A DNA stretch of 61,952 nucleotides, the filler included, from Hausera hauseri (taxonomy: Eukaryota), in the NCBI GenBank assembly GCA_046269625.1. It is 13 parts of 13 records of this genome, joined end to end, with 100 filler letters (N's around TTAATTAATTAA, not from the genome) between each part and the next. Parts side by side here need not be neighbours in the genome. Positions count along the whole stretch, not along the records: positions 46,706 to 51,183 come from JBJURY010561229.1; positions 51,284 to 56,677 come from JBJURY010263398.1; positions 56,778 to 61,952 come from JBJURY010315941.1; 10 more parts are not named here. The stretch is one strand, 5' to 3'. The notes beneath the pieces are model-generated. The model saw only the letters and a list, made by a program, of their open reading frames with translations. It ran no database searches and was not told where the DNA came from. Position 1 is the first letter of the stretch. Each line of letters opens with the position of its first letter. Position numbers and translations under genes: made by a program. Positions 47,121 through 58,149 of the stretch are shown here, piece by piece.

Positions 47121-50100
47121 CGGGTCCCAGCATTTGCCCCCTCCTTGGGGTAATCCGTCTTACCAATTCGTCCTCTAGAGCTTCTGACCATTTCAATTCA
47201 TTTTCTGTTTGACATAACTTATGCACTGGCCTTTCATATGTTTCCCCGTTCAATCTTATTTCTACCACCCTTATGAATTGTCTATCCCAGGGAAAGCCTT
47301 TGTTATTTCTGCAACTAGCCAGTGTTTTAACTTTTCATTCTTCTCCAATAACCACACTTTGTCTCCGATCTTCAGGTCTATTTTTTCTCCTTTTATCCTC
47401 ATAATTTCGCCATTTGGATAGAAGTTCATTTCTCTATCGATCGCAATATTCATTGACTAACTTCTGTATGTATCTCCACCTATCTGCCAAGCTGCTACTC
47501 GCTGTTCCGGTTATCTCCGAAGAGATTTCACCGTTGTGTCTGGCTATTATAAAGTGGTTCGGAGATAGGATGACATCATTTTTACTATCATCGACGACTC
47601 TCATTAGCGGCCGGATATTCATAATGCCTTCAATCTCTATTAATAATGTTTCTAATTCTTCATCTGTCAATGAATTTTCCGAAAGCAATTTGCTCAACGA
47701 ACTTTTTACAGAATTGACCATTACTTCATAGACTCCTCCGAAGTGAGGTTCTGCAGGGGGATTAAACATACACCTTATTTCTGTGTCTTTGAGCTCTCTC
47801 CTGAGACTACATGTGTCGATTTATAACTCGCACTCTACTCTATTTACTCCAATAAATGTCTCCCCGTTATCGGAGACTATCAACGAAGGCCTTCCTCTCC
47901 GACTTATAAAACGTTTGAGTGCTTTTAAAAGGAATTGGTGTCCAATCCTGCCAACATTTCGATATGTACTCCACGACAAAGTAAACATGCGATTAGACAA
48001 ATGTATTTTTCGTGTCTTCACTGGTCCGGCGAAATCAATTCCAACTTTGTCGAAGGCTTTAAGCGTCAATTGTGTTCTGAATGCCGGTAATGGTGCCCCT
48101 ATCGTTCTTATTCCGTTCGCATTTGACCTCCTTCAGGTCATACAATAATTTTAAAAAGCCTTGGCTAGTTTCTTCATCCTGGAGAACCAATGCTTACTAC
48201 TTAACTCAGCGACGTGTCGTAAATTTAAATGAGTGTCCGCAATGATCAATGTTGTTACAATGCTCTTTGAAGATAGTATTATAGGATATTTTCGCTCCCA
48301 ATTCAACCAAGAGGTTGCCATCAAGCGACTACACGATCTCAATACCCCTTCGTCATCTAAAACGGGATTAGACTTTGCGATAGCACTCCTAACACTAATA
48401 TCCTTCTTGGATCGTAATTTTCTCATTTCTCTATAAAATTCCTTTTCTTGGTACTCCTTTATTATTTCCAATTTTGCCTTCCTTCTTAGTTCTACCTCGC
48501 TTAGATTATTATTTTCTTTTTTCTGTGAAATTTCCTCAATCTTTTGCCTAACTACTCCTTCTCAACGGGATTCTACATCTTGTTCGGTGTTATCCAGATT
48601 ATCCTCTCTTCCATATTCTCCTTCCATTGCATTATTTCTCAAGGACATTAATGTAAAGGCGTCTTTTCTCCTTTCCTCATCCTTCGGCCTCGTTAGTTCT
48701 CTTGGTTGAAATGGTCATTGGTCTTCTGTCTTTCTGAGGAACTTCGGACCATTACACTATTCTATTTTGTCTCGTAGCTCATCAATACCCAATCTTCTAG
48801 GCAGGTAGTTCGCTGAGTTGTTTTCTGATTTCACATAATTCCATTGTCTCCTGGTCGTTTCTTTTTGGATTAATCCCATTCTGTTGGCAACGAATATCGT
48901 GTAGTATTTACTGCAACCTTTTATCCAATACAGTACGTTCATGCTATCCGTCCAGTACTATATATCCTCTTTCTTGCACGGAGTCCTTCCAATCTTTCCC
49001 CCCAGCTTGACTCCTATGCAAGCTGCCATTAATTCCAATCTTGGTATGGCGACAGACTCTACCGGTGTCACTTTACCTTTTGACCATATAATTACTACTT
49101 TAATTTCTCCTTCCACTATAGATCTCAAATACGCGACAGCCACCTACCCCCATCTAGAGGCATCGCAGAATATGTGCACCTTACTATCGTCGTCCTGCTG
49201 GAAATGCAAATATCTTGGTACCTTTATTGTGCTCAAGTTCTCCATTCCTTTTACACATATTCTCATTTTCTCGCTCAATTCCTTGGGGATCTTTTCGGCC
49301 AAATCTACATTCATCATCCATAGTTGCTGCAAGAATATTTTACCTAACAATGTGTAGCAACTGATGAAACCTAGCGGGTCGAAAAATTTTGCTAATGCGC
49401 TTAATAATGTTCTTTTTGTTATTTCCGTCTCTTGTTTGTAGCGGTCCTCAAACTCAAATTTATCATTTTCAATCTTCCACATTATCCCCAATGTCCTGGT
49501 AACCACGTCCGTTTTTTCCATAATGCTAAATTCCTTTGCTCTACTAGTGGCAGGCATTATAATCATCAGTTCATTTGAATTAGACGCCCACTTGTGTGAT
49601 TCCATCCCGGCCTTTTTCCAAATCGCGTTCAGCTCATTATATAACAAAACAGCTTCCTTTTCAGTGTCTACGGAATCGATGCAGTCGTCCATGTACGTAG
49701 AATACTCTATCGTCTCTACGGCTCTAGGGAATCTATCTCTAAATTTTTCGGAATTATGCCTCGAGATCAGTTGTGCCAGAAACGGGGAGGTATTCAGCCC
49801 AAATACCAACCGATTGAACTCATAGGTTTTGCGTTTCCCACCTTCATACCACAGAAACCTCCGATATTTTTTATCCTCTTGTTTCCTTTTAATCTGCAGG
49901 AACATTTCTTGTATATCACATACTACCATCCATGGTCGTTTCCTCATCTTTATTATAATATCTACGATATCTAGTTGTAGTTTTGGACCAGGGTCCAGAA
50001 AATCGTTTAAACACTTTCCTCGATATCTCGCAGCAGCATCGAGAACTATCCGGCATTTTGTAGTCTTCCTGTCGGTTTTCGTAACCGTAAAATGTGGTAA

Positions 50101-50949
50101 CAACCAAGCTGTCTCTTGCTCCTCTCGCTCCTCCACCATTCGTATATACCTTTCATCTGTTTGCGATTAGATTACCTTTTCATAGGCTAAGTTTTTCTTC
50201 TCGTCTTTATCTAACTTGTTCTTTATAATTTCTAGCCACCTTTTTGCCATCCATTCATTGCCTTCCATTCCAGGTAACCAACGTCATATAACTTATCAAA
50301 GTTTTTCAAAGGATCCTTTACTTTAGAATAAAATAATTTCCAAATTAATAGTTCTTTTGAGATCAGAGCAAACTCCATCATTACCAACTTTGGGAGTTTG
50401 ATTTCAGTATGATGCTTCATCAGTTTCTTTATAATTTCACTAGATTTTTCTCTTTTGAAATGATATTTACAGACGCAGGCAATTATCAACTTTTCACAGC
50501 TCTGAATATACTGATCTGTCATCTCCTCTTAAGTATTATCCAAATTAATGAATTTCAAATTTCAAATTTTTTTGAATTTATCAATTTTTAATTTTTTTTT
50601 CAATTTGTAGTATATTTTCATCAACCATCTCCGCCTTTGTACATTTTCAGTATAGGCACGCCATATATAACCGCCCACAAAGCTCCTCTTCTCTCTGCCT
50701 CTACGGGTGTCCACGGGTTTGAGTCACGATCAAAATTTTCTAATCAAGCATACCTCTTTTCCCAATGTATCTCATTCACACACACAAACTTTAGAACAAT
50801 AAACAAATTTTTTATGTACAATATATATAATACTAAATATACTTGCTTCCAATCCTATACACACATTCTATGTACACACATACCCCTCATTGTCCTAATC
50901 TCGATTTCTGATCGAACCGTTGCAGGATTCCCCAACTAACAATCGGGTC
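47121..50949 (-). mobile_element. Decayed BEL/Pao LTR retrotransposon (RT-RNase H-integrase) with split LTR pieces
   Basis: CRIVLDAA..CLNDFLDPGP, YEFNRLVFG, YMDD, HIFCDAS, IPRLELMAA, GIDFAGP, SDNGETF, PHFGGVYE, KIGDKVWL. PPT AAGGAGGGGG then TGCTGGGACCCG at 47132-47121; LTR remainder about 50606-50949; gag and protease absent. Confidence 0.9.
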
Positions 50950-51183
50950 AGTAGGGGGAAAGGAGCACACCACCCCCCCGCCAGGATCGATAATCAATAT
51001 TGTATGGGAATTTTATATGGGGAATTTTGAAAATAAATATATTGATTTTGAAATTCAATATATTGATTGGTTTGATCGTGGTTTCACTATTCCCACCCCC
51101 GAAAAAATATTGATTGGTTTGATCGTGGTTTCACTATTCCCACCCCCGAAAAAATATTGATTGGTTTGATCGTGGTTTCACTA
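50950..51183. repeat. Polinton-like TIR (left end, AGTAG...)
   Basis: AGTAGGGGGAAAGGAGCACACCACCCC...; preceded by CGGGTC, the same 6-mer that follows the right TIR at 47121. Confidence 0.8.
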
Positions 51184-51896
51184 NNNNNNNNNNNNNNNNN
51201 NNNNNNNNNNNNNNNNNNNNNNNNNNNTTAATTAATTAANNNNNNNNNNNNNNNNNNNNNNNNNNNNNNNNNNNNNNNNNNNNAAATCAAAAAACATACC
51301 AAATAGTAGTAACAAAATCAAATATATCAAAAACAAAATCTCAAATAACAATTTAAATTTACAAACAATAATAAAATCTCGAACAAAAGTTCCTAAAAAT
51401 ATAAAATCACATTTGGTCAAAATAAAATATTTCAAAAAACAAAATTCGAAAATAAAATCACGGATTCACCAAACATAAACATTTTTTTCTCAAATTCCTA
51501 CACAAAACAACATCACAAATTCAATCGAAATAAATTGAAATAAAATAATAAAATCAAAACTCCTGGAATCATAAAATAAATCAGGATTACAAGTGCTGAA
51601 GTGACCAGCATTTATAATAATAAAAAATTAACAATCAAGATCTGTGGATATAATCCGTTTGTTTAAATCCACAGTTTAAAGATTGTACAGTATATTTTGA
51701 AAAAGAAAATCAAATCGACGAAGAATCCAAAGGAGAAAAATATTTTGGCAATCGGAATAGTAAATCAATACGCGAAAGAAGTGAATCGGTTAATAATATT
51801 TACAACTCAGAATTAGATGACAGTTCCAAAAATCGAAGTCGTCGAATAGCTCGGCTTCATGATTTTTCACGAACAGTTGAGCCGAATCTAAGTTTA

Positions 51897-54800
51897 TTGA
51901 CTAGTGATCAAACGAAAAGAAATGAGGTGAAACGTAGGGAATCTGTTGGAAAAGAAACTGAAATTGAACGAGGATATTCCCGTGATTCGCAGGATAAATC
52001 AAGTATTAAACGACGGAGTATAAAAATTAGCCGGAAGACAACAGCAACGGAAAGTGATGTTGAGGAAATACAGTACGATATAGAACGGTTAAATTCGGCA
52101 GAAAGAAATTTGAACGAGAGTGAAGTAGCAAAGAAAAGTAAATCATCTCGAAAAGCATCAAAATCGTCACTCCAAGACATTGACATCAACTCGATTGGTG
52201 ATAATTCTGTAGATATGTTAGGGATATTTAATTGTAATATGGAAGATAACGTAGAGACTGAAAATTTAGTGGAATCACCAAAAACAATAGATAGAACAAA
52301 TATCGATTCTCGACGAATTCGAACATCCACAGTTGTCGAAAGCAAAGCAGACAACACAACAGATGACATCGGTATGTCACAATCAAGTCAAAGATCCTTA
52401 GAACAAAGTAATGCCGAAGAAATGAAATCAACTAAAAGACTCCATGGTACGTCGATAAGATCCTCGTTGAATAATTTTGGAAGAAAATCAAGTGTATCAC
52501 AGAGACAAAGAAATTCCATATGTACCAGTGATTTTATTGATCATATTGAAGAAACATCAGATTTATTTAATAGTGGCATAGAAGAATCCGAAACCGATAA
52601 ACCATACGAAGAAGATATTCGAAAAACAATATATTCAACATCTGAGAAACGAAGTAGAACGTCATCACATTCGAAAGTAAGTGGAAAATCAGAAGCTTCT
52701 GCAGGTGATTCCGACAAAAGTGAAGATGATAATAACAAATTAATGCCCGATGAAAATTCATCGAATGAAATAGAAGTTGAAAATAAGAGAACGTCCAGTC
52801 GCAAGAGCCAACGAATATCAGGTAGATCAGTAGTGAAAAGTCTTGGAAGGATGTCAAATATTTCTCAACGAAATCGTAATTCAGTGCGCTCTAATAAACA
52901 TCTTGAAATACCTGAAGCGGATGTTGAACTGAGCATGTCCCTAAGATTATCATCTAATACTGTTGACAGAAAATCAATGAGTACCATTGATTTTTGTAAT
53001 AATGCATTTGAAAAAGAGCGTGAAACTGAAGACATTTATATATCAGCAGCTTCGACACCGGATAAGCGACGCAGAACGTCGTCATATACACGACAAATTC
53101 GGAAATCTAATATTTCCGAGATTGATGCAAAAAAAGCTGAAGACTATTTTAACGGATCCGGTCGTATGAGTCAGCGAACATCAGCTGGATTGGTCATGAA
53201 TGTTGCTGGAAGGAAATCGAGCATCTATCAACGAAATCGTAATTCAGCATATGTGAGTGATATTCAAGAAAACTTTGACGATTTTGTGAATAGCGACATT
53301 AGTTGTAATGACGATTACGAATCACAAAAGGGAAGTACATTAAAATCACCACAAAGAAAATCGAGCAGAATGTCAGTTTATTCGAATCACAAGGAAAATG
53401 ATGGAGATAAAAAAGAAAATGTTTCTCTTCGGTCAAGAACAAAATCAAATTCTTTTGACGAAAATGAAATCGAACCAAACCGAAAGTCTTATCGAAGATC
53501 GTATAGTGTTCCAATAAGATCATCGATCAATGTTAACCGCAAATCACATAGAGCGAAAACAGGAAATAATCTTAATCGTTCGATTCCTGGAAGAAAATCT
53601 TCAATTGATAAGGAATTGGAAAACATGAATAATTCACCATTGGAAATTATTGGAAGATCGGAGAGTTATGAGGAAGACATATCGGCGCTGAATAATGAAA
53701 TTGATGATAAACACGAATCGCTTGAATTGGAACCAGAAGATTTCAACAAATCTTTATACCCTAGACTATCTGGAAAGATTTCTATCGGTCGAACTGTGTC
53801 AAGTTTAGGAGGAAAATCATCAAAACCAGACGGTGAAATGTCGAATAGAAAGTCCGATTATGTCCAGAGAACAAGAATGTCGATTTTAAATCTCGACAAG
53901 AAGTCCGATTTAGATGGATCTTTAAGCGATAAGACATTTTTCTCTAGAAAAGCAAGACTGTCGACAGACCGGAAATCGATTACAAGAAAAAGAATATCCA
54001 AAGATTTGGAAAATTATTCCGTTCTTCCTCAATTATCGAAGAATACATATGTTGAAGATGAATATTCACAATTAATTCTTCGAAATAGGAACAGTTTGTT
54101 GTCCAATGAAAACAAACGTTTTAGTATCAGAAAACGAAAAACTGATACTGGCAAGTATTTGTTGGAAAAACGTTCTAGATTAGATCGAAGCGAGATTGTA
54201 GATTGTGATTTAGACAGAAGTGAAAGTGAAACAAATGAATTGAATGGTTTGAATACGTCAAATAAAGACGTCAGAAATAAGATGGCAGTTGAACTCAAAG
54301 AAATTGTTGAAGACAAACAAATAGACGGTGATGATATAAATGTTGACAGCAGTCCCAAAGTTCAAATATCAAAAGATAATGATTATGACGAATTTCCTAG
54401 AAGAGGAGGAAGAAAAAGACCAATTGGAAATGTATCAAAGAATACTGAAATTATTCCTAGCACTGATAAGGAACACATATCGACTGACATTAACGAATTC
54501 GATGTGAAAATTAATGTTGGAAAGAGAGGACGCACAGTAGGAAAACAGAAAAATGTTAAAAAGCATGAAGACACCAATCCAAAGAAAACGAATCAAGAAA
54601 TTGCAAAAAGTAAAACTGATACAGCAGAAATTGTGCTTACAAGAACGTTGAGAGGTAGGAAAAATGTCGACGAACATCAAAAATTCAAAGCTTCCAAAGA
54701 TGTTGATGAAAGAGAAATTGTATACACCAGAACACGACGTGCTAATAAAATTGATAATGTAAAGGATACTGCTAGTCAGACATCAGAAATTGTGGATGAT

Positions 54801-56246
54801 CTTTATGTTGAAGTAAGGTCCGTAAATTTATTGTCAAAAGGAGGCCGACGAAATGCAGAACCGAATGTCGATGCATTTTCATTCAAAGATATTGAGGAAG
54901 AAATTGATATAAAAACAAGCAAAAGGACCAGAGGAAAGAAAAATCAAAGTCAAATAACAGATGTTGTAGCAGATGAAAATGAATCGGAAGTTGTGAGATC
55001 TCGACCAAAACGGGGACGAGCAAATAAAGATGTTAATCCCTTGAATACTGAAAATCAGATTTCTGAAGAGTTAGAAAAACATGATGAATCAGAAGCCGTT
55101 AGCTCACGATCCAAACGAGGAAGAGCACAGAAAGATGCTAATCTCTTGAATACTGAAAATCAGATTTCTGAAGAGTTAGAAAAACATGATGAATCAGAAG
55201 CCGTTAGTTCACGATCCAAACGAGGAAGAGCAAAGAAAAATGTTAATCCCTTGAATACTGAAAATCAGATTTCTGAAGAGTTAGAAAAGCCTGATGAATC
55301 AGAAGCCGTTAGTTCACGATCCAAACGGGAACGAGCAAAGAAAGATACTAATTTAAATACCGAAGCTTCGGCAAATCAAAATGAATTAGAATCACGGCCT
55401 AAACGGGGGCAAAATCGGAAGGAAGTTTTAATCACAAATACCGAAAGCCTAGGAGAAAAGAATGAAATAGAAATTGTAAATTCACGACCAAAGCGAGGGC
55501 GAGAAAAGAGAGCTTTAGATATTGGAGAACATAATGTAGAAGTTTTAGACGAACAAATTGAAACCGAATCTGTGGTGTCACTGCCAAAACGAGGACAAGG
55601 AAAGAACAAGAATATTCGAGGTGGAAAAAATAAGGGTGTGAAAAATGAAGAAAATGAACCGTTGAACTCCGTGGAAACTAAGAGTGCCGTGAAGAAAACA
55701 GGGAAAAATAAAACTGAAGAAATCGACACATTAAATCAAGAACAAAAAGTTGATGATGTTCCAAAAACAAGACAGGGTAAGAGAAAACTTAATTCGTCAT
55801 CAACTGAAGTACCAGTCACAAAACGAGCATTACGAAACAAAGTCGTTGATCCAAGTGAAGAAACCGTAAATTCGAACGAAAACAATGAAGTTGCGACTGC
55901 AGGTAAATTATCAGTCAATTCCGAAGAAACGAGAACGAGGGGTGGTAGACGGAAGGTTCTTGCTGAGAATGAGAATGTGATCAACACCAATGTAACAGAA
56001 AGAAGTCAACGAAAACAAGCGTCTAATGATTCTGGAAATGACAACAAAAATCAGATCGAATCAAATAATCAAGTAGAGGAAAAAGTTACACGAAACAAAA
56101 GAAAACTCGATGTTAATCAGCAAACGTCTTCGACAATTGTTGAACTTGTTGAAGTACCCAGTAAAAGAAACAGAACCAAAACACAGGATAAGCTAGAAGC
56201 TTGTGTCGTTAGAAATCTGCGCAGTCGTAAAAATAACGCAAATTAA
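51897..56246 (+). CDS. Large intrinsically disordered S/R/K/E/N-rich, probably nuclear protein; likely a giant terminal exon
   Basis: 1449-codon open frame (open from about 51654 with no early ATG; candidate AG acceptors at 51674 and 51690), many RKSS and SRPKRGR motifs, AATAAA near 56330. Confidence 0.75.
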   Translation: MTSDQTKRNEVKRRESVGKETEIERGYSRDSQDKSSIKRRSIKISRKTTATESDVEEIQYDIERLNSAERNLNESEVAKKSKSSRKASKSSLQDIDINSIGDNSVDMLGIFNCNMEDNVETENLVESPKTIDRTNIDSRRIRTSTVVESKADNTTDDIGMSQSSQRSLEQSNAEEMKSTKRLHGTSIRSSLNNFGRKSSVSQRQRNSICTSDFIDHIEETSDLFNSGIEESETDKPYEEDIRKTIYSTSEKRSRTSSHSKVSGKSEASAGDSDKSEDDNNKLMPDENSSNEIEVENKRTSSRKSQRISGRSVVKSLGRMSNISQRNRNSVRSNKHLEIPEADVELSMSLRLSSNTVDRKSMSTIDFCNNAFEKERETEDIYISAASTPDKRRRTSSYTRQIRKSNISEIDAKKAEDYFNGSGRMSQRTSAGLVMNVAGRKSSIYQRNRNSAYVSDIQENFDDFVNSDISCNDDYESQKGSTLKSPQRKSSRMSVYSNHKENDGDKKENVSLRSRTKSNSFDENEIEPNRKSYRRSYSVPIRSSINVNRKSHRAKTGNNLNRSIPGRKSSIDKELENMNNSPLEIIGRSESYEEDISALNNEIDDKHESLELEPEDFNKSLYPRLSGKISIGRTVSSLGGKSSKPDGEMSNRKSDYVQRTRMSILNLDKKSDLDGSLSDKTFFSRKARLSTDRKSITRKRISKDLENYSVLPQLSKNTYVEDEYSQLILRNRNSLLSNENKRFSIRKRKTDTGKYLLEKRSRLDRSEIVDCDLDRSESETNELNGLNTSNKDVRNKMAVELKEIVEDKQIDGDDINVDSSPKVQISKDNDYDEFPRRGGRKRPIGNVSKNTEIIPSTDKEHISTDINEFDVKINVGKRGRTVGKQKNVKKHEDTNPKKTNQEIAKSKTDTAEIVLTRTLRGRKNVDEHQKFKASKDVDEREIVYTRTRRANKIDNVKDTASQTSEIVDDLYVEVRSVNLLSKGGRRNAEPNVDAFSFKDIEEEIDIKTSKRTRGKKNQSQITDVVADENESEVVRSRPKRGRANKDVNPLNTENQISEELEKHDESEAVSSRSKRGRAQKDANLLNTENQISEELEKHDESEAVSSRSKRGRAKKNVNPLNTENQISEELEKPDESEAVSSRSKRERAKKDTNLNTEASANQNELESRPKRGQNRKEVLITNTESLGEKNEIEIVNSRPKRGREKRALDIGEHNVEVLDEQIETESVVSLPKRGQGKNKNIRGGKNKGVKNEENEPLNSVETKSAVKKTGKNKTEEIDTLNQEQKVDDVPKTRQGKRKLNSSSTEVPVTKRALRNKVVDPSEETVNSNENNEVATAGKLSVNSEETRTRGGRRKVLAENENVINTNVTERSQRKQASNDSGNDNKNQIESNNQVEEKVTRNKRKLDVNQQTSSTIVELVEVPSKRNRTKTQDKLEACVVRNLRSRKNNAN
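55041..55355 (+). repeat. Three near-identical 105-bp (35-aa) coding repeats
   Basis: LNTENQISEELEKHDESEAVSSRSKRGRA.K..N. starting at 55041, 55146 and 55251. Confidence 0.95.
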
Positions 56247-56777
56247 CTTGTAATATATTCTTATACGTAAGAAATTTATTTATCAGTGATGTGTTCTATT
56301 GATTTTAATTGTTATAAATTTGTTGTTCTAATAAATATTTAACAATTTGTTTGTTTTGGTTTTTGTAACCGTTCGTTGTTTTTCGTTTGGAATATTGGTC
56401 TTGTTTACCTTTTTAATGTTAACTGAAAATGTTGCAAATTACATTTAATTAAAATTTACTTCGATCCATGTGTTCGAAGTGGAGAGGCATTGCAGAAAAA
56501 CGTTTAAAACTGAGTTTTGTATTTTTGAATCTAACAAGGAAAATAATTTTATTGCAAAAATCAAATTTTGAATAATTCAAATATTTAAATTGTTTATGAT
56601 AGTATGTATACCAGTGGGTCTTAAAGTATGGTCCGCGGTTATCATATTTCAGCAAAGTGATGTTTAACCTTACACCTNNNNNNNNNNNNNNNNNNNNNNN
56701 NNNNNNNNNNNNNNNNNNNNNTTAATTAATTAANNNNNNNNNNNNNNNNNNNNNNNNNNNNNNNNNNNNNNNNNNNN

Positions 56778-57702
56778 ATGATGAACACAGCTCTGAAACA
56801 GCTAGACTGATACTTCTGCTCCATAATTCAGATTTATGTAAACAATTTATCAGGTTGATACGTAATGTCTTCTCCGATGAAAATGAAACTGAAAATGAGG
56901 AGTCTTCTTTGGACAAAATTCAGTTGGATTCAAACGATGGAACTTTGGACAAACTCATTTTTCAAATTAAAAAGACACTTGGATGCAGTGACATTGAAAT
57001 AATTCATTATTGAAGTGTTAAGGATATTCGATTCGATTCTGCAATGCTTCCAATTGGTTCCTATGCTAGTTGCGCTGTATTTTCATCGGCAGTCATAATT
57101 ACCAATTGTAATATTGTATTTATCAGACACAATATCGTTGTGACAAATGGCGGACACAATTTGTTTAATCGGATCGTCAGCAAATCCGACTGCAATTTCC
57201 CATCGGCGGACATCATGCTCACACGAATGAAATTTGTCAACTGAGCTGTGTGCAGCATGTTTCCGCCATCTTCCTCGCTCCAATTGTTTCCTTCATCACA
57301 AATAGGCTTTCCTTGCGGACTGTATGAGTCAAATTCCTACAGCCAGAACGTTGCTGGTGATTCCGTTACATCACTACAAAACGAAACCGGTGGATTTATC
57401 GATTACCAATTGCTAATGGCCTGCGGAAATCCCAGCAAAAGCCGATTTATTTTGGAAGAAAATCTGTGAAATTCATCAACAGCAATATCCAATTCGTCAG
57501 CAGCCGGCGGACCAAACATATCGTCAAAAACGAACGACGATAATTCCGTCGTTAATTCATATTTACCAACGGCCAGTTGTCTCCAAAGGCCGTATCGGGA
57601 TTTTATTTCTATTTCCATGGACTTTGGCGGCGGGTCAATGGAGGCTATGCCTATCAGCATCAACCAAAATGCGGCATATTTAATAAACAACAGCAACGAC
57701 AC
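56778..57702 (-). pseudogene. Decayed ORF with hydrophobic leader, product unknown (secreted or envelope-like?)
   Basis: ORFs 57403-57702, 57061-57258 and 56722-56916 are in one frame separated by point stops; leader LLLFIKYAAFWLMLIGIASI; scattered Cys/Trp. Confidence 0.35.
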
Positions 57703-58149
57703 GACGTATAACAGTCTTTTTCGACTAGGACAATATCCGCGAAATCTTAACTAAAATATTCTAAAAGAATTTCAAAGAATTATTTCGGGCTCCGTTCCAG
57801 ACGGAATACCAAGCTCCATTTATCGATCAGATTCTTTAAAAGAAATAGCACTCCTCTTGGTTTTTAATGATCATGTAGAGATACCACACAACCCATCTTG
57901 CTGTTCATCCGCATCAGTTTTCGTCCAGCATTTCTTCTAATAACAAATTAATACATATCTCACATATGACACAATGTATCGATACAACACAATATTATGA
58001 CCTAACTCATAAAACCACCGCCTTCAATGACTTTTATTTCACACACAACGGATTCATTTTAACGGACCTTCCAAACATTATGTCCTCACAATACTACCTC
58101 TGTATTCAATTCCACCTTTGAATCCGCGGCGGTATAATTTCTTCACCAA

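Noticed and set aside
41214-55990. Short ORFs antisense to ASCC3, BEL pol and the 1449-aa ORF
   Set aside because: Shadow frames of real coding sequence with no independent motifs.
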